Made by a program: the position numbers and the translations under genes | Origin: Planctomycetota bacterium | Lineage (GTDB): Bacteria > Planctomycetota > Planctomycetia > Pirellulales > Pirellulaceae | Reading direction: 5' to 3' | Assembly: GCA_016872635.1 (NCBI GenBank) | Contig: VGZN01000001.1 | Span: 1-46,012, forward strand | Length of the DNA stretch: 46,012 bases | In this document: positions 16,827-25,761 of the stretch, one piece after another | How positions within the stretch are numbered: the first letter of the stretch is position 1 | Layout: every line of letters starts with the position of its first letter | The notes under the pieces: model-generated | Seen by the model: the letters and a program-made list of their open reading frames with translations, nothing else | What the model was told of the DNA's origin: nothing | Database searches by the model: none

Positions 16827-18092
16827 ATGGAACGAATTATCCCGATCCTAGGGTTGCTGGTAATGATCCTTATAGCGTGGGGGTTGAGTTCGAATAGGAA
16901 CCGCTTCCCATGGCGTATCGTGACCGGCGGCTTGTTGATGCAAGTCACATTCGCACTGATCGTACTTCGCGTTCCAGCAGGACAAGCTGTTTTCGCAGCC
17001 ATCGGGAATGTTTTTACTGGTCTTCTCAATTGCGTGGACCAAGGGGCAGGATTCGTCTTTGGTGACGGTTTGGTGCGTATGGAGAAGGAACTTGCACCGG
17101 CGTTCAAAATCCATTTCGTTGCTTTCAAGGTCCTTCCAACGATCATCTTTTTTTCTTCGTTGATGTCCGTCCTCTATTACATCGGTGTCATGCAACTGGT
17201 GGTGGGGGCAATATCGAGAGCCATGCAGAAAACGCTCGGAACTTCCGGAGCTGAAACGCTTTCGGCGGCAGGCAACATCTTCGTCGGCCAAACGGAAGCG
17301 CCACTGTTGGTTCGACCCTACCTCAACAGCATGACGCAATCCGAATTGATGGCAGTGATGGTCGGAGGATTCGCAACCATTGCAGGCGGGGTGATGGCAG
17401 CGTACGTCGGCATGGGAATCGATCCTGTGCATTTGCTGTCAGCGAGCCTTATGTCGGCACCCGCAGCCTTAGTGATCGCTAAAATCATGCAACCTGAAGT
17501 TGATAAACCGCTCACGTTGGGCAAGGTCGAAATGACCCCACCGATGGAAGCTACTAACCTAATCGATGCTGCCGCGCGCGGTGCGAGCGATGGTCTCAAA
17601 TTGGCATTGAACGTTGGAGCGATGCTCATCGCTTTTCTTGGACTTATCTACATGCTCGACAGCCTCATGGGTTTGCTCACTGAGAATGTCTCACGATTAA
17701 TCGTCGGTGAATCCTATCGAATCACTTTTACTCAGATCATAGGTATCGCATCCTCACCTTTTGCTTGGCTGATGGGGATTGAATGGAAGGACTGCTGGGT
17801 TGCAGGAGAGATACTTGGCACACGCATCGTGAGCAACGAATTCATTTCCTACACCCAAATGAATCCGGAAAAGAACGAGGCATTCTCGGGCGCATCAGAA
17901 CGCACTAAGATTATTTTGACCTATGCCCTCTGCGGTTTTGCAAATATTGGGTCTATTGGAATTCAAATCGGAGGACTCGGGCCGTTGGCTCCCGACCGAC
18001 GAGATGCTTTAGTGAAGCTCGGAGTACGAGCTATGATCGGTGGATTGCTGGCATGCTACATGACAGCATGTCTTGCAGGTATCTTCATTTGA
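16827..18092 (+). CDS. nupC: Concentrative nucleoside transporter (CNT/NupC family)
   Basis: VLPTIIFFSSL, GNIFVGQTEAPL, GFATIAGGV, NEF and YALCGFAN motifs. Adjacent to cytidine deaminase. Confidence 0.92.
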   Translation: MERIIPILGLLVMILIAWGLSSNRNRFPWRIVTGGLLMQVTFALIVLRVPAGQAVFAAIGNVFTGLLNCVDQGAGFVFGDGLVRMEKELAPAFKIHFVAFKVLPTIIFFSSLMSVLYYIGVMQLVVGAISRAMQKTLGTSGAETLSAAGNIFVGQTEAPLLVRPYLNSMTQSELMAVMVGGFATIAGGVMAAYVGMGIDPVHLLSASLMSAPAALVIAKIMQPEVDKPLTLGKVEMTPPMEATNLIDAAARGASDGLKLALNVGAMLIAFLGLIYMLDSLMGLLTENVSRLIVGESYRITFTQIIGIASSPFAWLMGIEWKDCWVAGEILGTRIVSNEFISYTQMNPEKNEAFSGASERTKIILTYALCGFANIGSIGIQIGGLGPLAPDRRDALVKLGVRAMIGGLLACYMTACLAGIFI

Positions 18093-18139
18093 GGATCCAT
18101 CCGACGTCCGGGGAGAGATTTAACTTGGGGATCGAAGGC

Positions 18140-18592
18140 ATGGCGGATTCACCATCGGACTGCAGCGAACTGGCTGAAAACATGGGACTGGCTAGACAAG
18201 CCGCCACGCGAGCCTACAACCCCTATAGCCGCTTTTCGGTAGGATGCATCTTGGTTGATGACCAAGGCAATAAATACTCCGGGTGCAACATTGAATCCGC
18301 ATCGTATTCAGTAACACTGTGTGCGGAACGCGTCGCAGGATCGCACGCCATCGCGAGCGGATCTCGATCGTGGAAAACAATCTATATTGTCTCCCCGACA
18401 CGAGTTGGCCCATGCGGTGTCTGTCGGCAGTTCCTCTACGAATTTGCACCGGACCTTCAAGTCTTCCTCGGAGATCTCGAAACCGATTCTTTCCTGGGCC
18501 CCATTCCCCTCCGCGAACTCCTGCCTTTCGCGGATAGCCTTCAGTTAACCGCGCTGGGCGAAAAACGTCTCGATGCACCGAAGGAAGAATAG
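18140..18592 (+). CDS. cdd: Cytidine deaminase (homotetrameric type)
   Basis: AYNPYSRFSVG, GCNIESASY, CAER, PCGVCRQ and ELLP. Start trimmed to ATG 18140. Confidence 0.92.
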   Translation: MADSPSDCSELAENMGLARQAATRAYNPYSRFSVGCILVDDQGNKYSGCNIESASYSVTLCAERVAGSHAIASGSRSWKTIYIVSPTRVGPCGVCRQFLYEFAPDLQVFLGDLETDSFLGPIPLRELLPFADSLQLTALGEKRLDAPKEE

Positions 18593-18597
18593 GTTTC

Positions 18598-21500
18598 ATG
18601 TCAGACCGGAGAACAGAAAGCGATTCAACGCTCGAAGCTGCTTTCGAGAAACAGCGGAGTCGATTTGTCGTAGGCATCGATCTTGGCACGACCAACTGCG
18701 CGATGGCCTATGTGGATACTAGCAAAGAACCTCGTCGCGTCGAGGTTTTCCAGATTGAACAACTTTCGGATTTTGGTGCGTCGGCTCGACTGGAGACGCT
18801 GCCTTCGTTTCACTACGAATTGACCGATCAAGAGCGCACTTCGGTCGACAAGCAATTACGGTTCGGTGAGCCTGAACAGGATCGCGGTATCGTAGGCGTA
18901 TTGGCCCGCGAGCGAAACTTGCAAGTCCCCGGCCGCGGGATAGGGTCCGCCAAGAGCTGGCTTTGTCATACCCTCATCGATCGCACAAGCGATTTACTAC
19001 CGTGGCAAGGTGACGAAGACGTACAACGACTTTCTCCGGTCGAGGTAAGTCGTCGATACCTCGAACATCTTCGGCGAGCTTGGGATAGAGATCATCCACA
19101 CGACCCGCTGAGCGAACAAGAAGTCGTCGTAACACTTCCAGCATCGTTTGATGAAGTTGCTCGGCAATTGACTTTGGATGCTGCGAAAAGAGCGGGGCTC
19201 GTCCACGTGATTTTGATCGAAGAACCCCAAGCCGCTTTTTATGCTTGGCTCGATCGTCACCCTTCGGATTGGATGCAGATCCTCCAATCAGGTCAAAGCA
19301 TTCTCGTCTGTGATATCGGAGGAGGAACCACCGACTTCACTCTGATCCGAGTCATCGACTCCGCAGTAACCGAAGCTCCAATGCCCGAGCATGGTGCAGT
19401 CGGTTCACCACCGTCGGATAGAGAAGCCAACGCGAGGGCGGCCGACGCCAGTTCCTCAGTGAACCAAAAGCTAGAGAGCGTTTATGGGTTGCACCGCGTT
19501 GCCGTCGGCCCGCACTTAATGCTGGGTGGAGACAATCTAGATTTAGCCTTAGCCCGGCATCTCGAGCAACAATTAATCACCAATTCATCAGGCAAAGAAC
19601 GATTGAGCGCTCGGCAGTGGGATGCCTTAAAAGCGCATGCTCGCAGCGCTAAAGAAACCCTTCTGGGCCCATCTCCACCGGAGCATTATTCCATTTCCAT
19701 ACCTGCCCTAGGCTCCAAAATTATCGCTGGCTCACGAACCGTGAAAATAGAGCGTGATTGGGCAATGGCTCTACTGATCGATGGATTCTTTGGAAAAGTC
19801 CCACTGGAAAGTCGACCTGACAGTACGCAAGAGGGCTTTCAGGAATTCGGCTTGCCGTACGAAAATGAACCCAACGTCCTGAAACATCTTGCAAGCTTCT
19901 TGTGGGATCACCGATGGGCAGGACGCAACGGCTCCGACCACGAACGCATGTCCGATTTGCAAGCTGCAAAGCCGGATTGGGTCTTGTTTAACGGAGGAGT
20001 CCTTGAATCGAATACGATCCGCGAAGCCATTCTGACGCAAATCAAGGAGTGGTTTTCCAGTGGCACTGATACCGCTTGGCAACCAGGAATCCTCGAAGGG
20101 AATCGCTTGGATCTCGCTGTTGCGCAAGGAGCCGCATATTTCGGAATGGTACGTCGGGGAGAGGGAATCCGCATCGATGCTAGGCTGGCACGGTCTTACT
20201 ACCTCTTGGTCAATCATGATCTTTTGCAAGCGGTTTGCGTCATGCCAGCGAGTGCACTTCCATTAGATAGATACACGCTCGACAATCGGCCATTCAACTT
20301 GCTCCTCGGCGAACCAGTTCAATTCCCGCTTTACTATAGTAGCAGCCAGCTAACTCACCAATTTGGTCAATTGGTCGATGTGGATCCGAAATCGATGACC
20401 AAACTCCCGCCTATCCAAACAGTCCTGGAGCTCGGCAGAGCAAACCGGCGCGCAGTCCTACCCGTCTATTTGGAAAGCGAGCTAAGCGAGATTGGCACAC
20501 TCAAAATGCGAGTGGTTTCTATCGCGAATCGCGATCCCTCTAATGCAACTAGCGACGAACACCTTGCGGGACGTTGGAATCTAGAGTTTGACGTGCGGGG
20601 TGGTACCCCGGGTGAAGCTTCCGAAGGCGGAGGTAACATAGGTTCAACGAGTCGAGGGCTATTGGTTTCAGAGGACCAGATCCAAAAGGCGATTTCTACT
20701 TTGGACACCATCTTTGGATCTAACCCTGCTCAGAAACCAAAAGACTGTTTCAATATTCTGGCAGACGCCCTGGAGTTGAGTCGTCGCGATTGGCCACCTT
20801 CATTACTCCGTGAGATTTGGCGATTCCTAGCGGATCATTCGGATTCGAGAAAATTGTCACCCGAACATGAATCGCGTTGGCTGAATCTCGCGGGTTGGTC
20901 GCTTCGCCCTGGATTTGGATTCCCAGCCGACGACTGGCGAGTCCAAACCACATGGCGGTTGGTTCACAATAAATTGATGCATCGAAGCCCCGCCAGTGTA
21001 TCCGAGGCGGTAATTCTGTGGCGTCGAATCTCCGGTGGATTCACGATGGGACAGCAGAACGCACTCTTCCAAGACACATGGACTCGCGTCAAACCGTTGC
21101 TAGGTGGAACCAACGTCGGCCGTGAGCAACTCAACACCAATATTGCGATCGAACTATTGAGATTGCTCGGATCCCTTGAGCGATTACGTGCAAAAGACAA
21201 AGTAGCTGCTGCCGATCTCGCGATTAGTGGGCTCCATAAAAAGAAACGTTCACCACTTCACTCAGCACTGTTGTGGATGATTGGTCGGATGGGAAACCGA
21301 GTTCCTATATACGCTACGCTGCAACAAACAGTCTCCGTTGAAAAGGTTTCCGAATGGCTCGGTCGACTTTTAGAGATGGAGCCACCAACTGATCTCGTCC
21401 CATCCTATTCATTAGCGATGATGCTATTATCGCGGCGAACGGGAGATAGGTACCGAGATGTGTCTGCCGACCTTCGCGAAAAAGTGTTGCATCGAATGGA

Positions 21501-21645
21501 TGCCTTGGAATCTCCTTCATTGCATCGTGGTCTCGTCGCCGACGGTGGAATACTCGACGAAGAAAACACCTCAAGCATCGTCGGCGACACACTGCCACTA
21601 GGCTTCTCACTTCGAGGGAAAAGCCAACTACCAGCCTCTCTCTAA
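18598..21645 (+). CDS. Hsp70/DnaK-like ATPase with extended C-terminal (DUF3731-like) domain
   Basis: GIDLGTTN, SAKSWL, TLPASF, EEPQAA, DIGGGTTDF, LGGDNLD and LFNGG. C-terminal RWLNLAGWSLRPGFG and RRTGDRYRD. Not canonical DnaK. Confidence 0.85.
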   Translation: MSDRRTESDSTLEAAFEKQRSRFVVGIDLGTTNCAMAYVDTSKEPRRVEVFQIEQLSDFGASARLETLPSFHYELTDQERTSVDKQLRFGEPEQDRGIVGVLARERNLQVPGRGIGSAKSWLCHTLIDRTSDLLPWQGDEDVQRLSPVEVSRRYLEHLRRAWDRDHPHDPLSEQEVVVTLPASFDEVARQLTLDAAKRAGLVHVILIEEPQAAFYAWLDRHPSDWMQILQSGQSILVCDIGGGTTDFTLIRVIDSAVTEAPMPEHGAVGSPPSDREANARAADASSSVNQKLESVYGLHRVAVGPHLMLGGDNLDLALARHLEQQLITNSSGKERLSARQWDALKAHARSAKETLLGPSPPEHYSISIPALGSKIIAGSRTVKIERDWAMALLIDGFFGKVPLESRPDSTQEGFQEFGLPYENEPNVLKHLASFLWDHRWAGRNGSDHERMSDLQAAKPDWVLFNGGVLESNTIREAILTQIKEWFSSGTDTAWQPGILEGNRLDLAVAQGAAYFGMVRRGEGIRIDARLARSYYLLVNHDLLQAVCVMPASALPLDRYTLDNRPFNLLLGEPVQFPLYYSSSQLTHQFGQLVDVDPKSMTKLPPIQTVLELGRANRRAVLPVYLESELSEIGTLKMRVVSIANRDPSNATSDEHLAGRWNLEFDVRGGTPGEASEGGGNIGSTSRGLLVSEDQIQKAISTLDTIFGSNPAQKPKDCFNILADALELSRRDWPPSLLREIWRFLADHSDSRKLSPEHESRWLNLAGWSLRPGFGFPADDWRVQTTWRLVHNKLMHRSPASVSEAVILWRRISGGFTMGQQNALFQDTWTRVKPLLGGTNVGREQLNTNIAIELLRLLGSLERLRAKDKVAAADLAISGLHKKKRSPLHSALLWMIGRMGNRVPIYATLQQTVSVEKVSEWLGRLLEMEPPTDLVPSYSLAMMLLSRRTGDRYRDVSADLREKVLHRMDALESPSLHRGLVADGGILDEENTSSIVGDTLPLGFSLRGKSQLPASL

Positions 21646-21773
21646 GGCTTTAGCGACCAGCCCACGGCAGAGCTAACCTAAGAGCTCGCAGGCAACCGTA
21701 GAGAACACCATCGAGGTAGCCGAATACCGAGTCTCTCGTTGATCGGAACCACGGGAAGGAAGCAGGATCTCCA

Positions 21774-23039
21774 TCAGGATTCCGTAGGGGGGACAGCTGG
21801 ACCTAACTCATTCTCCCATTTACTGACTACCGCCGTTGCTAAGGTGTTACCCAATACATTGGTCGCTGTACGGAACATATCGCAGAAATGGTCGATCGGT
21901 AGAATCAGTGCTATGCCCTCGGGGGGAATTTTGAACATCGCACATGTCGCAGTAACCACAACCAAGGACGCGCGAGGCACACCCGCGATCCCCTTACTGG
22001 TCAACATTAAAACCAACAACATAGTCAACTGAGTTCCTAGGTCCAACTCAATCCCGTTTGCTTGTGCGATGGCGATACTTGCGAAGGTCATGTACATCAT
22101 GCTGCCATCGAGATTGAACGAATAACCAAGGGGCAAGATGAATGAAACGATTTTGTCCTTGCAGCCGAATTTTTCCAATTCCTCTGTCAGTTTGGGAAAG
22201 ACCGCTTCGCTGCTGGTGGTGCTAAAGGCAATGATCAACGGGGAGGCAATGTGCCTCAATAGCTCCGGTAGTCGTTTACCTAGGATGAGGTAGCCCACGA
22301 AGAGCAAGATCATCCAGAGCATCGCGATACCAATTAGAAAAAACAACAAGTACTTGCCATAGAACCAAAAGACGTCCAACCCTTTCACAGCAATAACAGC
22401 GGCAATTGCACCAAAAACACCTAACGGAGCCGCGTTCATCACATAACCGACCATCTTTAGGATCACATGAGCTACGGCATCGAGTCCCTCCACGATCACC
22501 TTGGCCTTTTCGCCCATCGCAGCAGTCGCCACCCCAAAAAAGATACTGAATACAACCAATTGAAGTATCTCGTTGGTAGCCATTGCCTCCACAACGCTAC
22601 GAGGAACGATGTGTTCCACGAACTTCTGCAGATTGAATTGCTGAGTGTTAGTCGTCAGTTTCTCCGCCTCGGCAGCGTCCCCTTGGATGTCCGTAAAACC
22701 GACTCCCGGCTCGAAGAAGTTCACCAAAACCATCCCGAGAAGCAAGCTGACCAGTGACGCGGCGACGAACCAAAGCATCGCTTTACCACCTACCCTACCA
22801 ACGGAGTTCAAATCACCTAGCTTCGCAATCCCCACGACCAGCGTCGAGAAAACAAGCGGTGCAATGATCATCTGAACGAGCCGGATAAAGATGGTCGTCA
22901 GCAATTTGATATTCTTCGAAAACGTCTCAACGAAAATCGGTTCGGCGCTGACATGCACGACGTAGCCCAAGACCACCCCCGCTACCATGGCGATCAAGAT
23001 ATAGAGTGTGAGCCGATTCGACGTTTTCATAAGGGCCAT
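21774..23039 (-). CDS. Dicarboxylate/amino acid:cation symporter (DAACS; GltP/DctA-like)
   Basis: MIIAPLVF, AFSTTSSE, PLGYSFNLDG, SKGIAGVP and DMFRTATNVLGN. Confidence 0.92.
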   Translation of the reverse strand: MALMKTSNRLTLYILIAMVAGVVLGYVVHVSAEPIFVETFSKNIKLLTTIFIRLVQMIIAPLVFSTLVVGIAKLGDLNSVGRVGGKAMLWFVAASLVSLLLGMVLVNFFEPGVGFTDIQGDAAEAEKLTTNTQQFNLQKFVEHIVPRSVVEAMATNEILQLVVFSIFFGVATAAMGEKAKVIVEGLDAVAHVILKMVGYVMNAAPLGVFGAIAAVIAVKGLDVFWFYGKYLLFFLIGIAMLWMILLFVGYLILGKRLPELLRHIASPLIIAFSTTSSEAVFPKLTEELEKFGCKDKIVSFILPLGYSFNLDGSMMYMTFASIAIAQANGIELDLGTQLTMLLVLMLTSKGIAGVPRASLVVVTATCAMFKIPPEGIALILPIDHFCDMFRTATNVLGNTLATAVVSKWENELGPAVPPTES

Positions 23040-23102
23040 CCAACGAGCCTGCGAGTTTGAGCCGATGAGAGCTAGGTACCTTAAGGAATTAGTAGCGGTA
23101 GC

Positions 23103-25325
23103 TCACTTCGCGCCCGGAGGGCAATACTTAGTGAGCCAACCAAACACTTCTCGATGCCAATGCATACTGTTTGCTGCTTTCGACACCCAGTGCCCTTCGT
23201 CGGGGAAATTGACGAATCGACTTGGAACTCCTTGCCGTTGCAATGCTTGAAACAGCTCGTGGCCTTGTCCGATTGGGCATCGAAAATCGAGATCATTGTG
23301 TATCACGAGCATCGGCGTTTTGTACTTGCCCAGATTTCCAGCCAACGTGTGTGGACTAAATTCCCGATACTTTCCAGGGATTTCCCACGGCAGTCCGCCA
23401 TGTTCGTACTCATCAAACCATAGTTCGTCGGTGGTACCCCACATGCTCTCAAAGTTATAAACACTGCAATGGGTGATCAAACATCGAAACTCTTTCGCGA
23501 TCTCGTTCACGGCAAACCAGTCTTGCATGTAGCCGCCAAAACTCGCTCCAGCAGACGCGATCCGCGAATCATCGACGTAAGGCAGTTTTTTCACATAGGA
23601 CAGTCCGGCCAACAAATCACGATAACATTTGCCCCCCCAATCTCCACTGATCTCATCGCAGAACTGTTGGCCAAAGCCCGTAGACCCACGAGGATTAGGC
23701 AGAACGACGACGTATCCTTGTGCGGCCCATAGCTGCGGATTCCATCGGAAGCTCCAGCCATCCTCCCATGCTCCCTGAGGACCACCGTGAATCAAGTAAA
23801 CCACAGGCCATTTCTTGGAACCATCAAACGCAGGGGGTTTTAGGATCCACATTTGCATCGTAGTGCCACCTTCTACATCCACCCGAACACTCTCGGGTCG
23901 AACCAACTCCAAGTCATTGGCGAGCGAGTCATTCTCCGTAGTAATTTTTTTCATCACGCCCAACGACCGAGCTGATCCAACGTAAAGCTCAGCAGGGCGA
24001 TTCATCACCGCACGCGAAACTACTACCTTGCCACCCGCTGTGTGCAACGCAGTGATTTGGCCAGCCCTCTGATCGCCAAAATCGAGTTCCAGACGGCTTG
24101 GCTTCGCCTCCGCGCCAACTCGATACATAGCCACCGCTCCGTTTTCTTCCGCCGTAAAGGCAATCGTCTGATCGTCGAGCCAAACAAAATCACTTACAGA
24201 TCGATCGAGCGACTGTGTCCAAGCTGAAGGCTTACCCGTCCAACTGCCATCGGCATTGCAATCAACAACCATGAGATTCCATTTATCCGCCTCATAACCC
24301 GGCTTGGATTGAGAACGATAAGCCAGACGCTTTCCGTTCGGGCTGAACTTTGGTGTGCAATCGGCCGCTGGATTAGCTCCTGTCAGCGATTCCCATTCCA
24401 TCGAAGGCTTGCTCAAATCGATTCGGCAAAGATCATATCCTGTTGTCCATGATTCCCCCTTCGCAGGGACTGCTGTAACAATGAGACGCTTGCCGTCAGG
24501 CGTGAAGCAAAAATCATCGCCCGCACTAAAGGTCGTACTTGTCGGATACGCATCGCGATCTCCAGGCGTCACATCGATGCATTCCGACCCATCTGCATTG
24601 ATAACGAAAATGTGCTGACGTTTATCCTCGGTATACGAATCCCAATGACGATAGAAGAGCTTGGTAAAGGTCTTTGCCTTTACCGGACTGGAGGCCGCTT
24701 CATCATCTGAAGTTCGATTTTTGGCATCCGACTCAGAAAACGGCAATTGACTCCACTCCGGTCGCACCGTCGAAACAAAGGCAATCTTGCTTCCATCCGG
24801 CGACCAGATTCCAGTACCGGCTCCCGTCGAGATCGACGTCACTTTTCTCGCTTCACCCAATTGGCTCGCATCGAGAATGTAAATTTGCGAGGAACCATCT
24901 CGGTTCGATTCGAACAGGATCTTTTTGCCATCCGGAGAAAATCGAGGATGGGTATCGGCCTTTCCGGATTGTGTCACCCTGCGGGATGGTGACGCATTTC
25001 CAGCCACAAACTCCGCCGCCGGAACTCCCGCCACGGCTTGCCCCGGTGTGGAAATACTCCATAACTGAGTGGCCTTCGCATTTTTTCCCGGGTCGCTGAA
25101 TCGAGTCGCCTGATAGATGACTTGCGTACCGTCAGGGCTGACCTGGGGCTCCGCAATGCGAACAAAACCAAAGAGATCTTCGAGCTTCATCGCACGGGCT
25201 TTTCGTGGCCCTTCTCCTCCAGCCCGATTCGAAGTTGATGTCTGTCCAACGCCATCGTCAGCTTGCATAGCTATTACTAGAAAAAAAGAGACTATCACTA
25301 TCGAAAACCTGTGAGCAATCGTCAT
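23103..25325 (-). CDS. S9-family (prolyl oligopeptidase/acylaminoacyl) peptidase, secreted
   Basis: Signal peptide and SPDG propeller repeats. IHGGPQ, NPRGSTGFG, nucleophile GASFGG, DFRC and FPDEGH give the catalytic Ser-Asp-His. Confidence 0.92.
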   Translation of the reverse strand: MTIAHRFSIVIVSFFLVIAMQADDGVGQTSTSNRAGGEGPRKARAMKLEDLFGFVRIAEPQVSPDGTQVIYQATRFSDPGKNAKATQLWSISTPGQAVAGVPAAEFVAGNASPSRRVTQSGKADTHPRFSPDGKKILFESNRDGSSQIYILDASQLGEARKVTSISTGAGTGIWSPDGSKIAFVSTVRPEWSQLPFSESDAKNRTSDDEAASSPVKAKTFTKLFYRHWDSYTEDKRQHIFVINADGSECIDVTPGDRDAYPTSTTFSAGDDFCFTPDGKRLIVTAVPAKGESWTTGYDLCRIDLSKPSMEWESLTGANPAADCTPKFSPNGKRLAYRSQSKPGYEADKWNLMVVDCNADGSWTGKPSAWTQSLDRSVSDFVWLDDQTIAFTAEENGAVAMYRVGAEAKPSRLELDFGDQRAGQITALHTAGGKVVVSRAVMNRPAELYVGSARSLGVMKKITTENDSLANDLELVRPESVRVDVEGGTTMQMWILKPPAFDGSKKWPVVYLIHGGPQGAWEDGWSFRWNPQLWAAQGYVVVLPNPRGSTGFGQQFCDEISGDWGGKCYRDLLAGLSYVKKLPYVDDSRIASAGASFGGYMQDWFAVNEIAKEFRCLITHCSVYNFESMWGTTDELWFDEYEHGGLPWEIPGKYREFSPHTLAGNLGKYKTPMLVIHNDLDFRCPIGQGHELFQALQRQGVPSRFVNFPDEGHWVSKAANSMHWHREVFGWLTKYCPPGAK

Positions 25326-25761
25326 AGTAACTTCGAATATCAAGGGGGTGAACGTTGGGAAAGCAGGGACCTAACAAGCACGAGGAATACCGTGGCGCGT
25401 ACGGTTCCCAGACCTGTCCATTTTCTGCGGCCTCCATCATACCTAATCACCAAGCCTCAAGTGCTAGCATTCTGATTTGCCGTTACATTTTATCTACGTG
25501 GCACAGGGGGGACATCAAGTAGTGAATAAACTCGCAAATGGCGTCAGCTTGTTTCGATCAGGCGGGTAGGTCTTGTCGAAGATAGGGAGGCGAGAGGAGC
25601 CGTTTCCTAGTCAGTGCGTGACCGTTTACGAGCTAGCTTTCGGTTTTTGCTTTGCAAGAAGTCCTGAGTGTGTGGGCCCAACTTCGGGGGGGCCCTGCGC
25701 GTCGGGATCCAGTTACGAACGGGACGGAGTCTCGCGTCAGATGACGCATGAGGTGTTCAGG

